The notes below the pieces were generated by a model that made no database searches, was not told the DNA's origin, and saw only the letters and a program-made list of their open reading frames with translations. The position numbers were made by a program, and so were the translations under genes. A stretch of 64,000 nt of DNA from Candidatus Woesebacteria bacterium (GTDB lineage Bacteria > Patescibacteriota > Microgenomatia > UBA1400 > UBA12028): contig JBDTWD010000005.1 in assembly GCA_040006915.1 (NCBI GenBank), forward strand, positions 23,394-87,393, written 5' to 3'. The number at the start of each line of letters is the position of its first letter. Position 1 is the stretch's first letter. This document shows positions 9,817 through 18,716 of the stretch, piece after piece.

Positions 9817-10461
9817 ATGAAAAAAATCTCTCTCTTTATTGTCAGTATTCTTCTCTTCTCCGCTTGTAAACCAAGCGCAACGGTATCCACTCCAGAAGGA
9901 CAAACAACTCCTGAAGTTAAAAATGAAACCAGTGTTGATGTAAATGCCTTGATTGCCAGCGGTAAACCGGCAAAATGTGAGATCAGTAAAACTGATGGCA
10001 GCATGCATATGACCTCATGGGTCATGGGGAAGAAAATGAAGACTACCGGAATTACGACCAGCACAAAGACGCAATATGATGGTGCCATGATTTCAGATGG
10101 AACGTACATGTACACTTGGGATCAAACAAAGAAAGAGGGAGTAAAAATGAAAATTCCCAGCGAACAAGATCTTAAAGACTTAAGCGCAAAAACCGGACAG
10201 GATATCCCAAACATGGCTGATAGTACGAACCGCCAAAAATGGATGGATCAAGGATATACGGTGAACTGTAGTGCTGCTGACATTTCTGAGAGTGAGTTCG
10301 TTCCTCCAACTGACGTTACATTTACCGATGCCAGTGCCATGATGGATTCAGTCAATCAAATGATGAAACAAAATAACACCGGAACTGCTCCAAGTGCGGC
10401 ACAACAAAAAGAAATGCAAGACAAAGCCCAAGAAATGATGAAGCAATATCAGCAACAGTAA
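9817..10461 (+). CDS. Secreted lipoprotein, hypothetical (Gln/Met-rich C-terminus)
   Basis: AAGGAG RBS 7 nt before the ATG at 9817. Signal peptide MKKISLFIVSILLFSAC with lipobox LFSAC. Confidence 0.6.
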   Translation: MKKISLFIVSILLFSACKPSATVSTPEGQTTPEVKNETSVDVNALIASGKPAKCEISKTDGSMHMTSWVMGKKMKTTGITTSTKTQYDGAMISDGTYMYTWDQTKKEGVKMKIPSEQDLKDLSAKTGQDIPNMADSTNRQKWMDQGYTVNCSAADISESEFVPPTDVTFTDASAMMDSVNQMMKQNNTGTAPSAAQQKEMQDKAQEMMKQYQQQ

Positions 10462-10486
10462 AGAAAGATTGAGAGAACCGTTTTCA

Positions 10487-10723
10487 TTACATTCTGGCAC
10501 AGGCCATACAATCTCGTTTGTGGGTGGCCAAGAGATAGAATGCACTCAAACCGACCAGAATGTAAACAATTTGTTCCAACATTGGATACATCCAGAGAAT
10601 CATGTGCACCATGTTGTAGCCAAACATACCCAGTAGACCCCAGTTAATGCCACCGACGATCACTAAGACGAATGCAACAATATGCACTGTCGACATTCCG
10701 TCCATTCTTTTCGTCATTTTCAT
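10487..10723 (-). CDS. DUF378-family small membrane protein
   Basis: 78 aa, two TM helices. INWGLLGMFGYNMV motif typical of DUF378/YuzA. Confidence 0.55.
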   Translation of the reverse strand: MKMTKRMDGMSTVHIVAFVLVIVGGINWGLLGMFGYNMVHMILWMYPMLEQIVYILVGLSAFYLLATHKRDCMACARM

Positions 10724-10808
10724 AAAAAACCCCTTTACCAGTAAGTAATGTGCTACTGAGTAAGTCTAGGCTGCATGAAGAAAGAAAGTCAAGTAATTAC
10801 GGCTATTG

Positions 10809-10991
10809 TTACTGTTCTGGAATCACTAGCCAACAGGCGACATACAGGATAATTCCTGGAGCTCCACCTGGTAAACCTAAGATAACAAAGAATAAGCGCA
10901 CGAGCGTAATGTCAACGTCAAAGTAATTGGAAAAAGCCAGACAAACACCAGCTACTTTTCTTCCTTTTTTTGGTCTCATTAATTTTTTCAT
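10809..10991 (-). CDS. PspC-domain membrane protein
   Basis: MKKLMRPKKGRKVAGVCLAFSNYFDVDITLVRLFFVILGL...WLVIPE is a PspC domain. Its ATG overlaps the upstream stop (ATGA), so the pair is translationally coupled. Confidence 0.7.
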   Translation of the reverse strand: MKKLMRPKKGRKVAGVCLAFSNYFDVDITLVRLFFVILGLPGGAPGIILYVACWLVIPEQ

Positions 10992-11677
10992 ACGGTCTCC
11001 TTTGGTATAGGGGTAACTACAGGCGGCGCTGGTGGCAAAGGCTGCCTTCTCTTCCATGCGTCATACAATAATGATACCACTTCCAAAACTCCTGCGGCAC
11101 CAATTAACACCATATATTTAGTATTCCGTTGTAACCCCACATGCAAAAATATGAGCCAGAATATGACATAGACTAGTTTATGTAGTCTCTTCCAGTTTTT
11201 CCCGAGTGTCTTGACACTAAAATCATTAGATGTTGATGCCAAAAGCGTGAAGCTTAAGAGAGTTAGAAATCCGAACAATTGAAACGTCGAAAAAGAAAAA
11301 AGATCGCCTCTAATTGCCAGCTGTGGGAAAAAATAAACGATTGAGGCATGCATTAAAGCCAACAGAAATGTACTGATACCTAGGTGCCGACGAAACATAA
11401 TTCCTATGGTAATGAGTGGATGCTTCACTCCAAACCGTCCTAAAATTCCAGGCAGGGTAACGACGATGAACAAATAAATAGCCAGCTCACCACACAACAG
11501 TCCAAAGCGAATGACCGGTCCCAAAAAAGCCCCATCATCTGCGGCAATCTGCCAATACGCAAAACCTAAAAATAGTACACATCCGACATAAAATAGCTGG
11601 AACAAATGGATAATGTTTGAGCGGTTGGGGGCGACAAACTGCAATAGTTTTTGAAACATGATTCTATTGTAGCGCAA
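10988..11677 (-). CDS. Polytopic membrane protein, ferric-reductase-like TM domain (MsrQ/YedZ-like)
   Basis: 229 aa, about 6 TM helices. FRRHLGISTFLLALMHASIVYF with conserved His resembles the YedZ/MsrQ haem-binding core. Confidence 0.4.
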   Translation of the reverse strand: MRYNRIMFQKLLQFVAPNRSNIIHLFQLFYVGCVLFLGFAYWQIAADDGAFLGPVIRFGLLCGELAIYLFIVVTLPGILGRFGVKHPLITIGIMFRRHLGISTFLLALMHASIVYFFPQLAIRGDLFSFSTFQLFGFLTLLSFTLLASTSNDFSVKTLGKNWKRLHKLVYVIFWLIFLHVGLQRNTKYMVLIGAAGVLEVVSLLYDAWKRRQPLPPAPPVVTPIPKETV

Positions 11678-11706
11678 AAAACTGAGAGTCGTGTGAGTGT
11701 AGAGGC

Positions 11707-13203
11707 TTAATGCGTTTCTTGTTGAGCCTCACCATTCATCGTTTTTTGTCGCAAGGGGGATGGATCTATCCCATGCAAATCACTGATTTCTCTGACTGCT
11801 CGAAACACTAGAGACAAGATCATATCCTCAGTCAGCGAATACATATTAAAAGCAATCGTTGGGAGCGCATACTGCAGATATCCCATTTCAGCTTTTCTTG
11901 TTTCTCCTTCTACAAATGAAGGAATTCCAAATGGCAGCATGTGATGGTCAAGAAACTTGGTTCGGGCTGACGCTTCTCCGCCATACGGTTTATAGAGCTT
12001 TCCTTTTTCATCCATGAAAAATCGCATTCCTCCTGGACTTTCGATCGTGCCTCCACCAGCGATACGAGAAACACCAATCCCTGTTGCTCCCAGTGAGAGA
12101 GTGGTAGCAATATGATCACTTCCCCCACCTTCAACAATGACGGGGATTCCGACACTTCCCCGCATACTCCACACCAGTTGCGGCCAATCAATCACACTTC
12201 CACTGCGCACACCAGTGATACATCGCCCTCCTCCTCCAATCCCCACATATAAACCATCAGCTCCAGCTTTCTCTAATTGCATTGCTTGTTCGACACTGAC
12301 AACTTGTCCGGCAAAAATCTCCACATCTCCATCAAATTTTTTGCGCATTGCTTTGACAGTATCGAGTACCGCCGTTCCTGGCTCTGGTGAATAGACGCGA
12401 AAGACTCTGACGCCAGCGTCATACAAAGCTTTTGCCCGCTTTAACGCATGCACGGGTTGAGTCTCTACTACTCCCATTAAGTTTTGCTTCCACAACGACA
12501 GTAACTGCTCTTTGTCACTACGGCCAATCAGCACTTCACTGGCTTGTAAAGCTTGGTGAGTTTGCAAAACCAAATCTACTTGTCTGCCGATGTCATGAAA
12601 TACGCTGTTACGAGGAACTCCAACCAAACTATGTAATTGCGCCATAGTTGAAAGTGCAGAAACACTCCCATAGATATCCGGCATCGCTGAACCCACCAAT
12701 GGGGAACGGGCAAACTTTCCCAGTTTTACAAACGGACCAAAGCGGAGTCGTTCTGCTCGACCCACACGAGCACGCTGGGCTCCAACTACCTGGACTCCAA
12801 GATCCGAAATGGAGAGCGATAATCCTTCTTGCTCGGCAGATTGCATCACTGGAGAGGAAACGAGCGGAGGTGGAATAAACGGCTTTTTACTGATCGCGAC
12901 AAGTTCTTGGATACGATCAGGGTGATTGAACACTTCCAAGATATACTGACGCACTCGCAACGTCTTGATCATCAACTCTGGAGGGAGGACCATGGTCTGG
13001 GTTGAACCTAAGAAATCAAAAGGAGTTTGCAGCAGCCCTTGACTTGGGTACGCAGTTTTTTCATCTCCGCTTTCTAAAAACCAAAACTTCAAATGGGCGG
13101 AGAGATCTTTTTCTAACGGAGCAAGCTTCGCAAGAATATATGCTTCCCACGAAGCTTCGCGGAAAGAAGAAAAAGGAGGAATGGGATTTTTTACTCTAGC
13201 CAT
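11707..13203 (-). CDS. IMP dehydrogenase/GMP reductase-family TIM-barrel protein with a long N-terminal extension
   Basis: 498 aa. C-terminal 260 aa carry an IMPDH-type barrel (VGIGGGGRCITG with the catalytic Cys loop, glycine-rich phosphate-binding loops). The first 240 aa match nothing I recognise. Confidence 0.5.
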   Translation of the reverse strand: MARVKNPIPPFSSFREASWEAYILAKLAPLEKDLSAHLKFWFLESGDEKTAYPSQGLLQTPFDFLGSTQTMVLPPELMIKTLRVRQYILEVFNHPDRIQELVAISKKPFIPPPLVSSPVMQSAEQEGLSLSISDLGVQVVGAQRARVGRAERLRFGPFVKLGKFARSPLVGSAMPDIYGSVSALSTMAQLHSLVGVPRNSVFHDIGRQVDLVLQTHQALQASEVLIGRSDKEQLLSLWKQNLMGVVETQPVHALKRAKALYDAGVRVFRVYSPEPGTAVLDTVKAMRKKFDGDVEIFAGQVVSVEQAMQLEKAGADGLYVGIGGGGRCITGVRSGSVIDWPQLVWSMRGSVGIPVIVEGGGSDHIATTLSLGATGIGVSRIAGGGTIESPGGMRFFMDEKGKLYKPYGGEASARTKFLDHHMLPFGIPSFVEGETRKAEMGYLQYALPTIAFNMYSLTEDMILSLVFRAVREISDLHGIDPSPLRQKTMNGEAQQETH

Positions 13204-13255
13204 TAAAACCCAAGTCTACACTACAAAACGTATTTGACAAGGGAAAAGAAAAACT

Positions 13256-13912
13256 CTATGTGCGTAGAGAGTGTACACTGTGAGAATTTTTCTTAAAATC
13301 ATCTAATAACATTAAACACAGTTTTTTCGGATCAAACCGAGTAGTTCTCTTTAATAAGGAAATTGTATTCTTTTCACTATCAAATTCGAAAATACTTTCT
13401 GCATAGGCCACAAATTTCACTCGTTTTTCTTCTTTTGCTCTTTGTAGTACGGCACGGATAAATTCAGACCATCTTCTGTTCCCCTGAATTTCCATGTCAT
13501 CTGTAAAATCCACATTCGGATCTACGATCGGAACTGACTCTATGCGCTCCAAATCTTTATCTTTGTACCATTGTGGATATTCCCAAACAACTTTCGGACG
13601 AAGAAGAAGTGAAACTATTTGCGAAACCGGCTCTGATAACCTTGCAGCAAACTCTTCCCACTTGCTTGGTGAAGAGAATGAAGCCATCATCAGTTCTTCT
13701 AATCCATCATCGGCAAAGCCAGAATAATTTTTAACGATTCGAACTGGATAGCTTATCCGCTTCGGATCAAAAATGAACAGACAGTCCCCATAGGCTCTAA
13801 AGTAACAGCTACTCTTCATTTTTTTCAGTCTGGCGACAAAATCTAACCATTCTTCACCAAGGTTTTGCGAATACTCTATCGAAGCTGGTTCACTATTTGC
13901 TTCTTTACTCAT
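13256..13912 (-). CDS. Hypothetical protein
   Basis: 218-aa ORF with coding-like composition, co-directional between cysS and the IMPDH-like gene. No recognisable motifs. Confidence 0.4.
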   Translation of the reverse strand: MSKEANSEPASIEYSQNLGEEWLDFVARLKKMKSSCYFRAYGDCLFIFDPKRISYPVRIVKNYSGFADDGLEELMMASFSSPSKWEEFAARLSEPVSQIVSLLLRPKVVWEYPQWYKDKDLERIESVPIVDPNVDFTDDMEIQGNRRWSEFIRAVLQRAKEEKRVKFVAYAESIFEFDSEKNTISLLKRTTRFDPKKLCLMLLDDFKKNSHSVHSLRT

Positions 13913-13913
13913 A

Positions 13914-15335
13914 TTAAAGGGATTTTTTTACTTTCTGCCCTTCAGAGGAATCTTCTACGGTCCATCCCAGTTTAGCGATTTCATCACGCAACATATCACT
14001 GGTCGCAAAATCTTTATTCACCCGAGCTGCTTCACGCTGATCTACCAACATCTGTACCCCGGAAGGAATGTCGTCTTCTTTTTTTGCCGCCATGAGACTG
14101 CAGGCTTTGGCTAAACCTAAACCCAAAACTGAATCAAAATCAATCAAAAGATCATATTTATCAGATCCAGGTATGCTGCTTTTCGCCACTTCCCAGAACA
14201 CACTCATCGCCTCTGGGGTATGCAAATCATTTTCCATTTGCTCAAAAAAACGTTTCCGATACTCGTTTACCTTTCCCAATTTTTCGCTGCTTAAGGTAGT
14301 GCGTTCTACAGTCTGTTTCGCTTGGCACAGAATTCCTATTAATTTATCATACGATTTTTGGGTTGCAGCCAAATTATCCCAAGTGAAATTCAATTCACTG
14401 CGATAATGGCTCCCAAAAAACAGCAACTTTAAAGCCATGGGATCAAAGCCCTTGGCGATTACATCGTCAACGGTATAGATATTCCCTAGAGACTTACTCA
14501 TCTTTTCACCCTCTACCTGCAAGAAATTGTGATGCACCCAGTATTTGACGAATGGACTTTTCCCCGTCGCCCCTTCCGCTTGCGCAATCTCATTGGGATG
14601 GTGCACCGGAATGTGATCGATTCCTCCGGTATGAATTTCAAATTGATCTCCTAAGTACTTCATTGCCATGGCGCTACATTCGATGTGCCATCCCGGAAAA
14701 CCCTTCCCCCATGGGGAATCCCATTCCATTTGCCGTTTTTCATCTTTGGGTGAAAATTTCCAAAGAGCGAAATCAGTCAGATTCTTTTTCCCTGCAACCA
14801 TCTCCACTCTAGCTCCGGCTTTCAAAGCGTCTTTATCTAGACGGGCTAGCGCTCCATAGTTTGGGAATTTACTGGTATCAAAATACACCCCATCGGCAAT
14901 GGTGTATGTGAGCCCATTCTTTTCTAGACGCTGCACCAATTCAATTTGCTCTGGGATATGATCTGTAGCTCTACTACTGATATCAGGACGATGTAATCCC
15001 ATAGCGTCCATGCTCTTCCAGAAAAAATCTTCAAATTCCTTGGCAACATCCCACACTGTTTTTCCGTACTTACGGGCACCCTTCTCCATTTTGTCTTCGC
15101 CCTCGTCTGCATCCGAAACCAGATGTCCTACATCTGTGACATTCTGGACATGTTGTACATCGAGTCCAGAGTGTTTTAGGGTCCGAACCAAAACGTCATC
15201 CATACTGTATTTTCGGGCATGACCGATGTGTGTATAGTCATACACCGTCAATCCACAGGCATATAATCCTATGTGTTTACCCGCAATCGGGATAATCTCT
15301 TCTATAGTTCGTGACATTGTGTTAAAAATTTTCAT
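13914..15335 (-). CDS. cysS: Cysteine--tRNA ligase
   Basis: HIGH motif (YTHIGHARKY), KMSKS (KMSKSLGN), Zn-binding Cys. 473 aa. Confidence 0.95.
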   Translation of the reverse strand: MKIFNTMSRTIEEIIPIAGKHIGLYACGLTVYDYTHIGHARKYSMDDVLVRTLKHSGLDVQHVQNVTDVGHLVSDADEGEDKMEKGARKYGKTVWDVAKEFEDFFWKSMDAMGLHRPDISSRATDHIPEQIELVQRLEKNGLTYTIADGVYFDTSKFPNYGALARLDKDALKAGARVEMVAGKKNLTDFALWKFSPKDEKRQMEWDSPWGKGFPGWHIECSAMAMKYLGDQFEIHTGGIDHIPVHHPNEIAQAEGATGKSPFVKYWVHHNFLQVEGEKMSKSLGNIYTVDDVIAKGFDPMALKLLFFGSHYRSELNFTWDNLAATQKSYDKLIGILCQAKQTVERTTLSSEKLGKVNEYRKRFFEQMENDLHTPEAMSVFWEVAKSSIPGSDKYDLLIDFDSVLGLGLAKACSLMAAKKEDDIPSGVQMLVDQREAARVNKDFATSDMLRDEIAKLGWTVEDSSEGQKVKKSL

Positions 15336-15362
15336 ACATTTCTTCTCTGATTATTTAGATAC

Positions 15363-15388
15363 AAAAAAATCCGCCTCTTGGAGCGGAT
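15363..15388 (-). terminator. Rho-independent terminator of the 15482-15961 gene
   Basis: Hairpin TCCGCTCCAAGAGGCGGA followed by T7 on the minus strand. Confidence 0.7.
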
Positions 15389-15481
15389 ATACATGACAAA
15401 CCGATCCAAGCATCTTCTCTTAGATCTTACAACAAACGAATTCAGTTTGTACGGCTGTCATAGGAGAAGTATACACCTTTT

Positions 15482-15961
15482 TTAACCTGCGCCCACACGC
15501 TTTTCAGCATTCGCACTATCTTTGGCCATTTGAACCTGCAGGTTCTCTTTCTTCTGCTTTTCTAGCTGTTTAATTTCGTATTTCTTTTGACTGTCCTTTT
15601 GTACTGCTACTTGCTTTGCTTGCTCGTCTTGTTGTTGTTTCTCTTTATAGTATCCCAGGCTCTGCTGTTGGATTTGATCATGCAGCTGTTGATGTTGAGT
15701 CTGCTTGTAGGTTACATCCTCCTGTTGCTGTTTTTGCAGAGCGGCAGCCTGGGCCATTGTTCCACCATCAGAAGCCCCTTTCTCTTCAGAAGCTGGTTTG
15801 CTTCCATCGCCAGTTCCCCCAGTCCCTAAAAGTTCCTCCAAAATATCGAGTGGGGTTTTCGCAATCTGTTTGACGGTGTCGCTGGCTGCGGTTTTGGCAG
15901 TATCGACAACACTTGAAGCAACATCAGACACGGCAGAGGCTGCAGATTGTAAAGGATTCAT
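15482..15961 (-). CDS. Hypothetical Gln/Lys-rich low-complexity protein
   Basis: 159 aa. N-terminal Ala/Ser/Thr-rich segment then a QQQ/KQ coiled-coil-like region. Last gene of the recR-hpf transcription unit before the terminator. Confidence 0.4.
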   Translation of the reverse strand: MNPLQSAASAVSDVASSVVDTAKTAASDTVKQIAKTPLDILEELLGTGGTGDGSKPASEEKGASDGGTMAQAAALQKQQQEDVTYKQTQHQQLHDQIQQQSLGYYKEKQQQDEQAKQVAVQKDSQKKYEIKQLEKQKKENLQVQMAKDSANAEKRVGAG

Positions 15962-15964
15962 GCC

Positions 15965-16276
15965 TTAAGAATACTGCTTGGCTTTTTCTTTTGCTAGTCG
16001 GCTTTTCATCTTGGTGATTGCTCCAAAGAACGCTTGATAAAAGGTAGCGCCTTGATCACGAACGGTAATCGGTTTCCCTCCCATATCACCAATAAGCTCG
16101 ACCACTGCATCCTGGGTATCGCCTTTTTTACGTCGATCAATATTTAAAACAACTTGGATTCGGGAAAGTCCTCGGGAAGAAAATTTTGAGAACTTTTGTA
16201 GCTTTGAAAAGATAAAAGCTTGTAGACCATCGGTGAGAAGTATATTTTTACTGGTGAGTGAAACTTGCATTGTCAT
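15965..16276 (-). CDS. hpf: Ribosome hibernation promoting factor / RaiA (sigma-54 modulation protein family)
   Basis: 103 aa. Pattern VxLTSKNIxLTDGLQAFIxSKLQKF...VVLNIDRRK...AVVELIG..GKPITVRDQGATFYQAF matches the YfiA/HPF fold, short form. Confidence 0.7.
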   Translation of the reverse strand: MTMQVSLTSKNILLTDGLQAFIFSKLQKFSKFSSRGLSRIQVVLNIDRRKKGDTQDAVVELIGDMGGKPITVRDQGATFYQAFFGAITKMKSRLAKEKAKQYS

Positions 16277-16314
16277 CTCCTTTGTGTAGTTTGGACACGT
16301 GAAACCTGAACAGT

Positions 16315-16929
16315 TTACATGGTTCTCCTCCCTTCGAGTGCGCGGGCAAGAGTCACCCCGTCTGCGTACTCAATATCGGCTCCAATTGGTAGTCCGTGAC
16401 CGATTCGGCTCACTTGAATATGAGTAGTATCTCCTTGTTGGCTTTGAAAATCCTGAATAAACTGCTGAATATACATTGCGGTTGCCTCACCTTCCATTGT
16501 CGGATTGGTCGCGAGAATGATTTCTTCAACTCCAGACAATCGTTTGCCAATGTCACGTAAATAGAGTTGGTCGGGTCCAATATTATTCAATGGGGAAATA
16601 GCTCCATGTAAAACATGATAGAGACCGGTAAATTTTTCACTGCGCTCGATTGCCAGCAGATCCAATGGTTGCTCTACCACACATAACACTTTTTGATTAC
16701 GAGAGAGATCAGAGCAAATCTCACACGGATCCGCTTCTCCGACGTTATGACAAATACTGCAAATTTTGGTGTTTTTTTTCAAATCGATGAGAGTTTGCGC
16801 AAAATGCTGTAATTCACTCTCTGGGTTGTGGAGCAAATAAAAAACCAGTCGTTGTGCTGACTTTGGTCCAATTCCCGGGAGTTTTTCAAATTGTTCAATG
16901 GTGGCACGCAGGCTTTTAGGAAGTTTCAT
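16315..16929 (-). CDS. recR: Recombination protein RecR
   Basis: MKLPKSLRATIEQFEKLPGIGPKSAQRLVFYLL (HhH), C4 zinc finger CSICHNVGEADPCEIC, Toprim domain. Start set at MKLPKS rather than the upstream in-frame extension. Confidence 0.9.
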   Translation of the reverse strand: MKLPKSLRATIEQFEKLPGIGPKSAQRLVFYLLHNPESELQHFAQTLIDLKKNTKICSICHNVGEADPCEICSDLSRNQKVLCVVEQPLDLLAIERSEKFTGLYHVLHGAISPLNNIGPDQLYLRDIGKRLSGVEEIILATNPTMEGEATAMYIQQFIQDFQSQQGDTTHIQVSRIGHGLPIGADIEYADGVTLARALEGRRTM

Positions 16930-16998
16930 TGACGTTTCGCAAAGACTACCATCTTGCGCGGCCTCTTGCAACCTTGGGGCCTAATCAACTACCATGGA

Positions 16999-18708
16999 AT
17001 GATGCTGTTTCAAACGGGTGAACGTGCTCATTCATTAGCGACCATGCTTGCCAACAAACTTCCAATTCCCTCGGGATTTATTGTGGCCTCCCAAGCGTTT
17101 GAAGCATTCGTGGAAGAAAATGACATCCGCGAGAGCGTCGAGTCCATTCTCAAAGGTCAATCATTTGACTCACCAAAAAGTTTGAAAGCCGCTTCAACCC
17201 AAATACGCCGCCAGATTCTCTCTGGAGAGTTCCCAACAGATATCGCCCACCAAATTCTTTCCATGTACATTAAACTGGGAGAACCGCGAGTCATGTTATT
17301 TCCCAGTATCGCCCTTACAAAAAAAGATCTGGAGAATTTCACCTCACCCGAGAATGCATTGTATGGGTATCAAGGAGACGCAAATCTGTTCGAAGGCATC
17401 AAAGAACTCTGGAGTCACTTTTTCGATCCTCAACCACTCTACTACCGCTTAAAGCACAAAAAAGATCATTTTACGTTACCTTTTGCGATCACCGTACAGT
17501 CCTTTCCTGTGGCCAAAGTGTCAGGCGTGATGTTTACCGATGATGTAACCTCACACACCAAACAAACGGTGCTACTTAAAATTGTGCATGGAGAAGGTGC
17601 GCTGATCGGAGAACTGGATGGAGCTGATTACTACTGGATCAAACGCGGAACGGGAGATGTATATAAATCTTCAACCGATACGCAAAAAACCAGAATCATT
17701 TTTGAGAATGGTGAAGAAGAACAAGAAAAAATTCCGAGTTCATTAAGTAAGAAACGCAAAGCCAGCCAAGATCTCCTTGTACGTTTAGCTAAACTGGCAG
17801 CCAAGCTCCAACAGCACATGTTTTTTCCCCAGCAAGCTACATTTAGTTTTGATGGAGAGAACGTAGCACTTATCGATACCAAACCCGCTCCCACGCACAC
17901 GGGAAGCATCGTGGCTCCATCACCAGTCTTCACTCCATCTTCAAAAACTATGCAGCCAGACCCCACAAAAGCTGGGTTGGTAACGCTAGGACTGCTTCAC
18001 CCACTCCCCCTTGCAGCCCACGCTCCCAAGTTTAACCATATCAGCGGTCACCTTCTCCTAGAATCTCAGTACATACTCTCAGAATTTGCCGGAGAGCTGA
18101 CACTCCAAAAACAACGACTGCTCACACACGAGTTGAAGAGGACTATTTCATTTATCACCACACATTGTAAAGTCGATCACGGATGTATCTATACATTTCC
18201 CAAAGCTCAAAGTTCCTTGCATCATATCGAAGCCCAACTCACGGCACTCCAAGAAATCAGACAAGATTTTCCACTGCTCCCTCTTTTACTGGTGGCTGAA
18301 ACCAGTGAAGCTCAACCCTATAGATTTTGGAACGCTCAATGGAATACTAGAGGATTTATGCGTTCAAGCCAAATCGGACATGCCCTGTTACTCAATACTC
18401 CCGCAAGTATTCATGAACTCACACAAAACCAAGAAAATGGCATCGATGCCGTGGTTGTTGATGTTGATCAACTTGATCTTTTTATGCATGGTGGAGAAGA
18501 ACACACGAACAAGTCAAGCATTACCCCAGCCTTAATGGAACAATTACAGCGGATCTTAAACTGGTGTCAGGAAAATGGAACAGTCGCTTTATTTAGTAGC
18601 AAACGACCTGTTGATTATGCTATGCTGAATGCACTTGCAGGAGAAATTTCTATCGAGTGGCTCACATCTGAGCCGCTCTATGGTCATTTGATTACACAGT
18701 CTGCGTAA
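16999..18708 (+). CDS. PEP synthase / pyruvate phosphate dikinase N-terminal (PPDK_N, ATP-grasp-like) domain protein. No recognisable phosphohistidine domain.
   Basis: The first ~330 aa resemble the nucleotide-binding domain of PpsA/PPDK/rifampin phosphotransferase (PSGFIVASQAFEAF...GEPRVMLFPS...VQSFPVAKVSGVMFT). I cannot find a GGxTSHAAI phosphohistidine motif. First ATG is at 16999; the ORF track uses a TTG at 16954. Confidence 0.55.
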   Translation: MMLFQTGERAHSLATMLANKLPIPSGFIVASQAFEAFVEENDIRESVESILKGQSFDSPKSLKAASTQIRRQILSGEFPTDIAHQILSMYIKLGEPRVMLFPSIALTKKDLENFTSPENALYGYQGDANLFEGIKELWSHFFDPQPLYYRLKHKKDHFTLPFAITVQSFPVAKVSGVMFTDDVTSHTKQTVLLKIVHGEGALIGELDGADYYWIKRGTGDVYKSSTDTQKTRIIFENGEEEQEKIPSSLSKKRKASQDLLVRLAKLAAKLQQHMFFPQQATFSFDGENVALIDTKPAPTHTGSIVAPSPVFTPSSKTMQPDPTKAGLVTLGLLHPLPLAAHAPKFNHISGHLLLESQYILSEFAGELTLQKQRLLTHELKRTISFITTHCKVDHGCIYTFPKAQSSLHHIEAQLTALQEIRQDFPLLPLLLVAETSEAQPYRFWNAQWNTRGFMRSSQIGHALLLNTPASIHELTQNQENGIDAVVVDVDQLDLFMHGGEEHTNKSSITPALMEQLQRILNWCQENGTVALFSSKRPVDYAMLNALAGEISIEWLTSEPLYGHLITQSA

Positions 18709-18716
18709 TAAACCGT

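Noticed and set aside
15965-16276. Initial guess that this was YbaB/EbfC (usual recR neighbour)
   Set aside because: The sequence lacks the YbaB N-terminal GG.GNLM..AQ.MQ motif and instead matches the HPF/RaiA betaalphabetabetabetaalpha pattern.
16930-16971. N-terminal extension of RecR (MQEAAQDGSLCETS...)
   Set aside because: The canonical RecR N-terminus begins at MKLPKSLR, and the extension would overlap the divergent PpsA-like gene's upstream region.
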